Shown one piece after another: positions 12,710 through 23,948 of a stretch of DNA of 64,000 bases. The notes under the pieces are model-generated. The model searched no databases and was not told the DNA's origin. It saw only the letters and a program-made list of their open reading frames with translations. A program made the translations under genes and the position numbers. Source of the stretch: the human T2T-CHM13v2.0 reference genome, Homo sapiens; assembly GCF_009914755.1 (NCBI RefSeq), contig NC_060932.1, one strand, 5' to 3'. Numbering within the stretch: the stretch's first letter is position 1; each line of letters starts with the position of its first letter.

Positions 12710-14181
12710 TGACAAAGACTCTCACTTTAACCAAACTTTAGTCAGTATCGGGGGAACCCGCCCCCAATATTTCAACGTAGGTTCTTTCTATTTTCCATAA
12801 GTGTCGGCCAGCTGAGAAATAAAGAGTACCAAGAGAGAAATTTTACAGCTGGGCCTCTGGGGGTAACATTACATATCAGTAGGACCGTGATGTCCACCTG
12901 AGCCTTAAAGCCAGCAAGTTTTATTAAGGATTTCAAAAGGGGAGGGGGTGCAAGAACAGGGAGTAGGTCACAAAGATCACACGCTTCAAAGGGCAAAAAG
13001 GAGAACAAAGATCATATGCTTCTAAGGGCAAAATCAGAAACTCCTGATAAGGGTCTATGTTCAGCTGTGCACGTATTGTCTTGATAAACATCTTAAACAA
13101 CAGAAAACAGGGTTCGAAAGCAGAGAACCAGTCTGACCTCCAATTTACCAGGGTGGGGTTTCTTCCCCACCCTAATATGCCTGAGGGTACTGCAGGAGAC
13201 CAGGGCGTATTTCAGTCCTTATCTCAACTGCATAAGACAGACACTCCCAGAGCGGCCGTTTATAGACCTCCCCCCAGGAATGCAATTCTTTTCCTAGGGT
13301 CTTAATATTAATATTCCTTGCTAGGAAAAGAATTTAGTGATATCTCTCCTACTTGGATGTCCAATTATAGGCTCTCTGCAAGAAGAAAAATATGGCTCTT
13401 TTTACCTGACCCTGCAGGCAGTCAGACCTTATGGTTGTCTTCCCTTGTTCCCTAAAAATCGCTGTTATTCTGTTCTTTTTCAAGGTGCACTGATTTCAGA
13501 TTGTTCAAACACACATGTTTTACAATCAATTTGGACAGTTAGCACAATTATAGTGGTCCTGAGGTGATGTACATCCTCAGCTTATGAAGACAACAGAATT
13601 AAGAGATTAAAATAAATACAGGCATAAGAAATTATGAAAGTATTATTAGGGAAGTGATAAATGTCCATGAAATCTTCACAATTTATGTTCCTCTGCCGTG
13701 GCTCCAGCCGGTCCCTCCGTTCGGGGTCCCTGACTTCCTGCAACACGTCAGGCTGCTGTGAATCTTTTCCTCAACCAGATCTTGACTTTTGGATGTTTTG
13801 TCTTTGCCTCACCTAGTTTTAGCAAAACTTTTGGAAGTCAGTTTAGCAAGAATCCTCACCCTTGATATCTAATCACCCTTGGTATAAGATCCAATTCCAA
13901 ATCCCCCACAGTTGGTATCTTATCACCCTGGCCTGCCTTCAGCCAGAATCCTGTCAAGTTGATTTAGCTAAAATCAACCCTATTCCTAACCCTCAAACTA
14001 CCTCTTAGTAATTTTTTATTTGTTAACCACTGAACACTGCTATAAATCACCACTTGTCTATGCTATATTCAGAATTTAGCTCAATTTGATACTGGAATCT
14101 CATTTCCCCTATTGTAAAACTTATTTTTTTAATAAAATTTATTTTCACTGCTTTAGTGTCCATCTTTGGTTTTCTTTGACA
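12710..14181 (+). mobile_element. MER31-type ERV1 solo LTR interrupted by MER11
   Basis: Starts TGACAAAGACTCTC..TT.ACCAAACTTTAGTCAG, resumes after the insertion with GCT.CT.TGA..., carries AATAAA and ends TTTCTTTGACA. Confidence 0.78.
12746..13745 (-). mobile_element. MER11 (HERV-K11/HML-8) solo LTR
   Basis: The reverse complement starts TGTTGCAGGAAGTCAGGGACCCCGAACGGAGGGACCGGCTGGAGCC and ends GGGTTCCCCCGATA. 6-bp TSD AGTCAG/CGTCAG, typical of ERVK. Confidence 0.92.
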
Positions 14182-14937
14182 CTTTTATCATTGTACTGTA
14201 GTAAGCTAGAAAAATTTCAACAACAGTAGGCTCAGTTGAGTTTAATGACCTCATCTATTCCCTAAAGGTAAAATGTTAAATTGTATGGATGTGGATTTAG
14301 ATATTTTCTTAAAAAACTTAAACAATTCATTTCACAACACATAAAGTGAGTGAAAACTTTTATTCAAGCAATTTTTTAAAATAAGTCAAGTGCCATTATT
14401 TTGCAGAATACCAGGATCTGGCCTCCATTTTAACATAGCCTCTTTACTGATTTTTGGTTGATTTCCATGATTATAATAAACAACTCATCACTTAATATAT
14501 ACCATTATTCCAAAAACCAAAGACATTATTTTAAGATAACGTATTGCATTGATTTATTTTGTCTATCATAATCTCCAAATTGGAATATTACATAGTAATG
14601 TGATTTATCCTTTAATGATGATTAACTTTCACTAGATTCTATAGTGAACACACTAACAGCAGCAACAAGAATAACAATAAAAGCTGCTTGACCCCATGAT
14701 AACTAATTGATTTTTCAATATTATTTTTGATTGTTAACAGTTCAACAACACTGTTAATTAAATCTTTATATATAACAAAGGAAAATTGTTTTACCAGTGA
14801 CTTCTTAATATCCATATGCTTTTATTAGGATATCAAGCCAACACTCATGCATATTATTTAATATATTTTGAGTTTTACTGCTAAAAAGTCTGTCTTTTAC
14901 ATATGAATTGACTAATAATCTGAATGCTTGAAGATCA

Positions 14938-15280
14938 TGTGTCATAGTCCATTTGTGCTACTATAGAAAAATACCACAGACTGAGTAATTTATAAACAAC
15001 AGAAATTTATTTACTTATAGTTCTGGAGGCTATGAAGTCCAATGCCAAAGCACAGGCAGGTCTGTCAATTCTGATTCCAAGATGACACCATGAATGCTTC
15101 GTTCTCAAATGGTGGAAAGGAAAAGAGACAAAAGGGGGCTGAACTTGCCCTTTTATAAAGGAATTAAACCTACTCACGAAGGCAAGTGCTAATGGCAGAA
15201 TTGTCTCTTAATATTGTTACAATGGCAATTCAATTTCAACATATGTTTTGAAGGGAACAAACATTCAAACAATAGTGTCA
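14938..15280 (-). mobile_element. MaLR LTR (MST/MLT1A type)
   Basis: TAGTCCATTTGTGCT.CTATA...ATACCACAGACTG..TAATTTATAAACAACAGAAATTTATT...AGTTCTGGAGGCT...CAAACATTCAAAC.ATAG. Confidence 0.85.
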
Positions 15281-15582
15281 TGTTTTAAACATGCTTCTTT
15301 GATTAAGTATCAATGTGAACAATTTAAAAGACAATTTAACTTTAAGTAGAAAATTTACACCTTGAGATAAAGTGGGACTGAAGCTCCTCTATTCAAAATA
15401 TATTTTAAAATTCTATAGCTAAAAATATCTTCAAATGTATGTTTGCTTGTATACTGACTGAAGCAAATCACCTCATATAGTTCAACATAGTAGAAATCCT
15501 ATCAATTTTACTGAAACTTACTAACCAGTCAGCTGTAATCTTTTCTTATCAGTTTAAAACAATTTCATCATTGAAAACATTA

Positions 15583-15975
15583 TGTTAAATTAAGTTTAGC
15601 TTAAAGCTGCCTCCTTACATATTCTAAGTTGGGCCTAAAGCCTTCTCTATATAATGTGAACTAAAACCAAACAACAGACTCTAACCTTCCCTTGTAGCAA
15701 TCAGCGTTTCAGACAATCACAGGTGGCCAATTATTCAAACCATGTTCAGATAAGGCAAACACCATGCTATAACCAATCCAGCTGTTTCTGCACCTCACTT
15801 TCATTTTCTGTATGTCAGATTTTTTTTTTTTCTGTCCATAAATAGCATCCAACAAGATGGCAGCCTGTAACTTCTCTGAACCTATTCTGTTTCTGGGGGC
15901 TGCTCAATTCACATATCGTTCTGTGCTCAGTAAAATTCTGTTAAATTGAATTTCTTCTAAGTTTTTCTTTTAACA
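15583..15975 (+). mobile_element. MER57 5' LTR
   Basis: TGTTAAATTAAGTTTAGC.TAAAGCTGCCTCCTTACATATT...TTTTAACA. Confidence 0.9.
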
Positions 15976-15977
15976 GA

Positions 15978-15995
15978 TGGTGTCACAAGTGAGAT
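15978..15995 (+). promoter_or_regulatory. Retroviral primer-binding site, tRNA-Leu type
   Basis: TGGTGTCACAAGTGAGAT lies 2 nt after the LTR and matches TGGTGTCAGAAGTGGGAT (complement of the tRNA-Leu(CAA) 3' end) at 16/18. Confidence 0.8.
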
Positions 15996-17874
15996 CAATG
16001 TAAAGCTTCTTGTGATCCCCAGGGGCATTGAGTGACCAAGCAAGATATCTGCCGGACCCATTGTGTCCATTGCTGTCTTGCAGCACCTGGAAATTGTAGG
16101 TTGTCTCTTGGATTCTAAAGCTTCATAGATTTGTGTTTTCAGTTATCCTAATTTGTTTGAGCAAATTTTTTTATCTAAACTGGGTTAAGAAGTTGTGAAA
16201 GAAAGTGGACTGGTTCCAGAAGATAATCGGATTGGGTAATTAACTGGAATGGATCCAGTTAGAGGGCTCAGGTGTGTGATCGGGTCAGACAGAAACTGTC
16301 AGTGAATGGCAATACTAAAGAGGGTATGAACTCAAGCTTTTGGAATCTTGAAGGGATTTTTCGGTTCTATACTCTGTTTCTTTTTTTTGTGTGTGCACTT
16401 AGTTAGAAAAAAAATATTGGCCAAGTTAATAGAGGGTATCTGCGATCCAAAGCCAACATTCAACATAAAAATAGGATCCTTAATTTTGAAGAACTGAGTA
16501 CTTTAACTTCCAGCTCTGCCTACATTTAGATGTATAAATATTAGGTCCTGGAAGCAGCGAAAACTTAAAAAAAATGGTAAGATCTTATGAAAGATAATTT
16601 AAAATTACAGCGGAATGCCAAAATGAATAATGCTGCACTTTAAGAAGTGAATTTAAAAATTAGCACCTCAATATTAGGTTCACTAGGGATGCTTATTGAT
16701 GTGCAGAAGTTTCTAAAAAGATGTCAGTATTATTACTGCATTTTTCAAAAGGATTTAGGAAGGCAAATAAAAACACCTAAGTGACTAAACGATAAGAAAA
16801 ACTGAGTCTTCTATCCTTTCGGTTAAGTTACTATCCTACACAAAAGGCTAAGAGAAAGCTGAATAAAGTGTTTACAAAAGGTAGACCCTCAGCTAAAGTG
16901 GCCTTGCTTCTTTTTTAGAGGTATTAATGCTGAATCTATGCATAGAGAATTCTTTATTTGCCCTATTAGTTAGTGGGCTCTATCTTAACTTCAGTAATTT
17001 TAGCTAAGAAATAGAATATAAGTTTAAAAGACCACCTACTGAACTAAAACTGGTCTTCAAAATCCATCTTTCTAGCATTTCATTGCCTACTTTGAAACCC
17101 TTTTATAAAACAAACTTACATCTATAAAAGAAGTCACCATTTGTAAGGCATTTTGTTAAAAAATTATTTCTACTTTTTGTGGATTATAAGGATTTGAGCA
17201 TTGTACACTGGGAAGAGAGGAAAGATTGAGTCAGTAGAAACTCTTAAGCATTGCTTTAAATGTATGTAACAAGCCTTACCTTTGTTTAATATGCTTGTCT
17301 GGCTATCTTGTCTTAACTGGGCCTTTATCTGCACCCTCCTTTCTTGGTTTAGGCAAAAAAATGTTAATATTTAGGGCTGAAGTCTCATGTCTGTGTTTTG
17401 AGATATACATTTCCTACCTAATTTTAACTAACAGTCATTCCTTTAGAAGTTCAGATTTAGGGTTGCCTAGCTAACAGTTGCTTAGGACAATAAAACAGGT
17501 AATTGGAAGATTGATAGTATGAATTTAGAAAACAAAGACTATTTGGAAGCTGACAAACAAAAAATCTTAATGACGGTGGAAAAATCTGCTTCTGTCCTGT
17601 GTCTGCATGCCTATATGTATTATGTGTATGTGATACTTCTATGTGACATAAGATGTTTGGTAAATGAGGCTAGTTTTGAGTTTTTTGGTAAAATAAAGCA
17701 GGTATGTCTTCAGAATTATCAATATTAAATATAATTTAGACATTTTTTGTCCGATGCTACAGGTCAGAAAAGTTTATGCTATCTTTGATACATATTTCAA
17801 GGTTATAAAACTGCTGCTTCTGTAATACTTTTGACACTTACTTGATTTGTCTGAGCTAAATTCTAAAGCCTGGA

Positions 17875-17950
17875 TGCTGGCCTCCAGTGATCCGTCTGCC
17901 TTAGCCTCCCAAAGTGCTAGGATTACAGGCATGTGCCACCGCACCCGGCC
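17875..17950 (-). mobile_element. Alu left-arm 5' fragment, no tail
   Basis: GTGATCCGTCTGCCTTAGCCTCCCAAAGTGCTAGGATTACAGGCATGTGCCACCGCACCCGGCC. The rest of the Alu is absent. Confidence 0.9.
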
Positions 17951-19034
17951 TCTCAGGTGTTTGATGGCTTAGAAAACTGAGTTTGTTTCTAACAAAAAAT
18001 AAATATTTTTGCTTTTAAAAATGTTTTAAATATCACTTTAGCTAAATGATTATTTATTTTACAGTGGCTTGTAATCTTATCATGATCAAGTGTTTTACAC
18101 ATTTGACATATTTGATAGGCTTCTCAAAATCAAATTTCAAATTTTAAAATTAAGTCTTTTTAATCTCAAACTTTTAGATGTGACAGATGGCTTAAGCATC
18201 CAAAAGAAAATTAATTTATTTTATTAATAATTTTATACATTAAAATATTATTTTATATGTTAAATTATGTGGGAAGCATTTTCAAATAAGAAATAACTTT
18301 AAAATTTTGAGTTATATTTTTATGGATATGTTATTAATATGTGTTCCAAACTAAGGTTCCTAAGATTCTGATATGTCATGGTATATGTTATCAGTTATAA
18401 TTATGATTATCATGTTAAATTATTATAGGCTACTGAGAAAACAAAATTGCATCTATAGCCATCACCATATGCAGTCTTGTCCATAGTTAATTGCTTAATT
18501 CTGAAGCATCTTCTGAAAGCTCTTTATAAGCAAGTAAAGTCCTAAAGTGTGTGTCTTCAAGGCGGTTCATAAAAACGATGAAAAGGACCCTGACAAGCAC
18601 TCTTGAATACAGGTTTCTAATAAATTTAAAATCATATCTCTTAGACTGGGTAAGAATTTCCAGAAATCCAATGAAGAGATTGACTCATATATAAAACTGT
18701 TAACCCAAGCAGGACAAGAATTAATTGAATACCACAGAAATACTTCGCCAGATTTTTATGCTAAATCAGCCAGTACTGAAATTGACAAGATATACAATTA
18801 GAATGAATTCAGTGGCTCAGGTCAAATTACCTATGGTAACCCATTTAATAAGTATCATGCATGTGAATTGGAGAAAATAATAATGGTATTTAAGAGGATA
18901 TAAATCCACTGCTAAGCATGGATTCATAGAGGGCCTGGAAGGCTGCTTGGTCTTTCCTTAGTCCTTAAAGTTTCTGTTATTAAAAACTCTGCACTTTATA
19001 ACACATCATGGAAGAGGTAAAATGATTCAAGTCT

Positions 19035-19084
19035 TAGATAGATAGATGGATAGGTGGATAGATCAATAGATAGACAGACAAATA

Positions 19085-19116
<32 letters not shown>
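19035..19116. repeat. Compound (GATA/GATG/GACA)n-(GT)n microsatellite
   Basis: Read directly; about 14 pure GT units at 19089-19116. Confidence 0.95.
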
Positions 19117-19118
<2 letters not shown>

Positions 19119-19139
19119 TGACTGTTCTAAATTGCTAAA

Positions 19140-19465
19140 ATGGTTTATCACCAATGTTTGATTTGTCCAATTTATAATCCTAGGAAAACAATCAAAACTT
19201 TGGGTATATGTCTACTATTTGCTGTGTCATTTGAACATTTATACAGGGATTTCATTCAATTGGTATTTTCAATACATGTTTTCTGGTTATTTAAAAGCTT
19301 TCCTATGCAAGAAAGCCAATGCTATAACAGTAACTAAAAGTTTATTAGGAAATGTGTTTTCCTCATGGGGCATTCCTGGAGAAATCCCCAGCAATAGAGC
19401 TATTTGTTTCACTGGACAACTTGTAAAACAATTAAATAAGGTATTACAGATTCAATAGCATTAGC
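19140..19465 (+). pseudogene. Frameshifted retroviral integrase remnant (pol)
   Basis: One frame gives CLICPIYNP...FEHLYRDFIQL (Zn-finger CxxC and first catalytic D). The next frame gives FSGYLKAFLCKKANAITVTKSLL..FSSWGIP.EI.SNR..FTGQLVKQL, resembling the gammaretroviral IN core FSGWVEAFP...WGIP..I.SDRG.HF. Confidence 0.8.
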
Positions 19466-20142
19466 AAATCTAAATGAATTGACTGGATTGCCTTGATCAA
19501 AGATGTTTCAGATTGGTGACAATCAGATCCACTTCCAGGAGAAAACATAAGTTGACTCCTTATAAAACAGTCACTGTAAGGCCTATGACCCTAATGATAA
19601 AACTTAATGTATCTTCCACTCCTAAACTCTGACATAACTAAATGCTGTGAGGCTTTAATTCATTGTGCCAAAATGAATTTTTGCCAGGTAAAGAAAGCAT
19701 TTCATGATCCACCCAATGAAGACAATTAAACCCTTCATGATCTAGAACCTGGAGCTTAGGTCCTCTGTAAATGGTGTAAAAGAAAGACTGTCCTTGCTGC
19801 CCACACTGCAGCAAAATGTCAGAACCTTGGGTCATAGGTCCTCTCACAACTCAGAAGGGCCCTGTCAGATTCTTGAACTGTACACCCATTGGAAAGCTTA
19901 AGGTAAAGCTAGCCAAGGAAGTTTCTCCCTAGAAGCTGACAGCCTCCTAGATGTGGACAGCTTTCCCAATATTATGGAGAAAGACTTTTCTGCCATCATG
20001 AGATTCTTAACTCTCTTATTTTTTTTTCTTATGCCTCTAGGAACAATAGAACTGGAAAAGGAGCCTTGTGTGCTCTCATGGGGTGTATCTTTAATTGTGG
20101 TAGATTTTACAGACAACTTTATACATAGACAAACTTACGTCT

Positions 20143-22788
20143 CTCTTTTCTTTTTAAATTTAAGTTCCAGGATACCTGTGCAGAATGTTCAGGTTTGTTA
20201 CACAGGTATACATATACAATGGTTGTTTGCTGCATCTATCAACCCATTATCTAGGTTTTAAGCCCTGCGTATATTAGGTATTTGTCCTAATGTTCTCCCT
20301 CCCCTTGCCCCCAACACCCTGACAGGCCCCAGCGTGTGATGTTCCCCTCCCTGTGCCCATGAGTTCTCATTGTTCAACTCCCACTTATGAGTGAGAACAT
20401 GCAGTGTTTGGTTTTCTGTTCTTGTGTTAGTTTGCTGAGGATGATGGCTTCCAGCTTCATCCACGTGCCTACTAAGGACACGATCTCATTCTCATTTATG
20501 GCTGCAGAGTAATCTATGATGTATATGTGCCACATTTTCTTTATCCAGTTCTATCTTTGATGGGCAAATGGGTTAGTTACCTGTCTTTGCTATTGTAAAT
20601 AGTGCTGCAATAAACATATGTGTGTGTGTGTGCCTTTATAGTAGAATTATTTATATCCTTTTGGGTATATATCCAGTAATGCGATTGCTGGGTCAAATGG
20701 TATTTCTGGTTCTAGATCCTTGAGGAATCGCCACACTGTCTTCCACAATAGCTGAACTAATTTACATTCCCACCAATAGTGTAAAAGTGTTCCTGTTTCT
20801 TCACAGCCTCACCAGCATCTATTGTTTGTTGACTTTTTAATAAATTGCCATTCTGACTGGCATGACGTGGTATCTCATTGTGGTTTTGATTTGCATTTCT
20901 CTAATGATCAGTGATGATGAGCTTTTTTTCCAATGTTTGTTGGCCACAAAAATGTCTTCTTTCAAGAAGTATCTGTTCATACCCTTCACCCACTTTTTGA
21001 CAGGGGTGTTTGTTTTTTTCTTGTAAATTTGTTTAAGTTCCTTGTAGATTCTGGATATTAGATCTTTGTCAGATGGATAGATTGCAAAAATTTTCTCCCA
21101 TTCTGTAGGTTTCTTGTTCACTCTGATGCAAGTTTCTTTTGCTTTGCAGAAGCTCTTTAGTTTAATTAGATCCCATTCGTCAATTCTGGCTTTTGTTGCA
21201 ATTGCCTTTGGTGTTTTTTTGTCATGAAGTCTTTGCCCATGCCTATGTCCTGAATGGTATTGCCTAGGTTTTCTCCTAGGGTTTTTTATGGTTTCAGGTT
21301 TTACATTTAAGCCTTTAATCCATCTTGAGTTAATTTTTGTGTAAGGTGTAAGGAAGGGGTCCAGTTTCAGTTTTCTGCATATGGCTAGCCAGTTTTCCCA
21401 GAACCATTTATTAAATAGGGAATCCTTTCCCCATTGCTAGTTTTTGTCAGGTTCTTTGCAGATTAGATGGTTGTAGATGTGCAGTGTTATTTCTGAGGTC
21501 TCTGTTCTGTTCCATTGGTCTATATGTCTGTTTTGGTACATGTACCATGCTGTTTTGGTTACTGTAGCCTTGTAGTATAGTTTAAAGTCAGGTAGCATGA
21601 TGCCTCCAGCTTTCTTCTTTTTGCTTAGGATTGTCTTGGCTATATGGCCACTTTTTTTGGTTCCATATAAAATTTAAAAGAATTTTTTTTCTAATTCTGT
21701 GAAGAAAGTCAATGGTAGTTTGATGGGAATAGCATTGAATCTATAAATTACTTTGGGCAGTATGGCTATTTTCATGATATTGATTCTTCCTATCCATGAG
21801 CATGGAATATTTTCCCATTTGTTTGTGTCCTCTCCTACTCCTTTAAGCAGTGGTTTGTAGTTCTCCTTGAAGAGGTCCTTCATGTCCCTTGTAAGCTGTA
21901 TTCCAAGGTATTTTATTGTCTTTGTAGCAATTGTGAATGGGAGTTCATTCATTATTTGGTTCTCTGCTTGTCTACTGTTGGTGTATAGGGATGCTTGTGA
22001 TTTTTGCACATTGATTTTATATCCTGAGACATTGCTGAAGTTGCTTATTAGCTTAAGGAGTTTGGGGGTTTTCTAATATAGAATAATGTCATCTGCAAAC
22101 AGACAAATATGACTTCCTCTCTTCCTATTTGAATACCCTTTATTTATTTATCTTGCCTGATTGCCCTGGCCATAACTTCCAATACTATTTTGAATAGGAG
22201 TGGTGAGAAAGGGCATCCTTGTCTTGTGCCAGTTTTCAAAGGCAATGCCTCCTGTTTTTGTCCGTTCAGTATGATATTGGCTATGGATTTGCCATAAATA
22301 GCTTTTTTTCGAGATATGTTCCATCAATACCTAGTTTATTGAGAGTTTTTAACATGAAGCGATGTTGAATTTTATTGAAGGCCTTTTCTGCATCTATTTA
22401 GATAATCATTTTTTTTCATTGATTCTGTTTATATGGTGGATTACGTTTATTGATTTGCATATGCTGAACCAGCCTTGCATTCCAGGAATGAGGCTGACTT
22501 GATCGTGGTGCATATGTTTTTTGATGTGTTACTGGATTTGGTTTGACAGTGTTTTATTGAGGATTTTTGCATCAATGTTCATCAGGGATATTGGCCTGAA
22601 GTTTTCATTTTTTATTGTGCCTCTGCCAAGTTTTGGTATCAGGATGATACTGGCCTCATAAAATAAGTTAGGGAGGAGTGCCTCCTTTTCAATTGTTTGG
22701 AATAGTTTCAGATGGAATGGTACTAGCTCCTCTTTGTAACTCTGGTAGAATTTGGGTGTAAATCCATCTAGTCCTGGGCCTTTTTTGC
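20143..22788 (-). mobile_element. 5'-truncated L1PA8-like element (2.6 kb) inserted in MER57-int
   Basis: ORF2 RT and C-terminal fragments ([21 protein letters not shown]; [15 protein letters not shown]) and a 3'UTR. 13-bp TSD CAAACTTACGTCT (20130-42) / CAACCTTACGTCT (22789-801). Confidence 0.92.
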
Positions 22789-22904
22789 CAACCTTACGTC
22801 TTGATGGATAGAAGACAAAGGGCCAGAGTAAGTGAGATATTTTTAATAGTACCTTTGCTCCTCCATAATTGCTCAGAAACAGAATATCAGTCCACTCCTC
22901 TTAA

Positions 22905-23420
22905 CTACATCATAGGGTAAAGCAAACATTTCCAGGAGGTCTTCACCCTTCTTTATGGGCATCATTTGCTCGGTCTATTTTTCCGTGGGTTAGAGTAAAT
23001 GAGGCAATGATTAGAAATGTGTCTCCTATAATAGGCTCTATAGCAGATTCTACAACAAGGGCTGTGACTGCAGAGCAGACTTTTAAACATTATCTTGCTA
23101 ATGTTGTGCTAGATATTAAAATTTCTCCTGATTACTTATGGCTGAACAGGAAAAAAATCTGACTCTTCTTGATACATGTGGATAAATACTTTAGGCAATA
23201 TAAAGACTCAGGTGCATGGAATTGACAACTAGGTTCCTAGTTAAAACAAGACAACTTTTTTTCTGGCTCATTCTTTGATCTATTTGATTTTAGGTGGTTT
23301 GGTTAATGCAGTGCTAAGGAGCATACTCTGAACTCTTGATATTATGTCCCATATAATGGTAGTAGTAGTCTCCCTGCCACACTGTATTCTCTCTAAAGTT
23401 TTAAATGTTTGCTTGCAGCC
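22905..23420 (+). pseudogene. Retroviral env TM-subunit remnant
   Basis: 22905-23162 is stop-free: HRVKQ (decayed furin site) ...FARSIFPWVRVNEAMIRNVS..IADSTTRAVTAEQ...LANVVLDIKISPDYL, then a frameshift into AEQ. This is the ISD-like motif. A hydrophobic TM-like segment follows near 23330-23380. Confidence 0.75.
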
Positions 23421-23549
23421 ATCTGTAGAATATGAAATGGTTTCTCTTTGACTGGAATAAAGTTCTATTTCCCAGTAGGACTTGAGACCAAATAAATCCA
23501 TTTGTAATAGTAACCAAGTAACACTAATGCCAAAATTGAGAGATTGACC

Positions 23550-23562
23550 AAAAGAGGAAAAA
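23550..23562 (+). promoter_or_regulatory. Polypurine tract of the MER57 provirus
   Basis: AAAAGAGGAAAAA immediately upstream of the 3' LTR. Confidence 0.75.
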
Positions 23563-23563
23563 T

Positions 23564-23948
23564 TGTTAAATTAAGTTAAAGCTGCTCCCTTACATATTTT
23601 AACTTTAGCCTAAAGGTTTCTCCGTATATAATGGTCTGTAACCTATTTGAATATGTAAATAGACTAAAATATAATTTTGTACCAGTAATAGAGTTGCAGC
23701 CAACTGTTAAAACCATGTTCAAATAAGGCAAACACTGAGCTGTAACCAGTCCTGTGATTTCTGTACCTTACATCCATTTTCTATATGTCACTTTCCTTTT
23801 ACTGTCCATAAATATTATCTAACCCTGTGGTAGCCCTGGCATCACTCTGAACCTATTTTTGCTTGACAGGCTGCCAGATTCTCAAATCATTCTTTGCACA
23901 ATTAAACTTCATTTAATTGAATTTGTTTTAAGTTGTTTTTTTTTAACA
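23564..23948 (+). mobile_element. MER57 3' LTR
   Basis: TGTTAAATTAAGTT..AAAGCTGC.CC.TTACATATTTTAA...TTTTAACA, colinear with the 5' LTR. Confidence 0.9.

Larger units (their letters stand above)
15583..23948 (+). mobile_element. Two-LTR MER57 provirus (ERV1, MER4 group), decayed, with an internal L1 insertion
   Basis: Homologous LTRs at both ends, 4-bp TSD ATTA (15579-82 and 23949-52), PBS after the 5' LTR, PPT before the 3' LTR, and integrase and env remnants inside. Confidence 0.9.
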
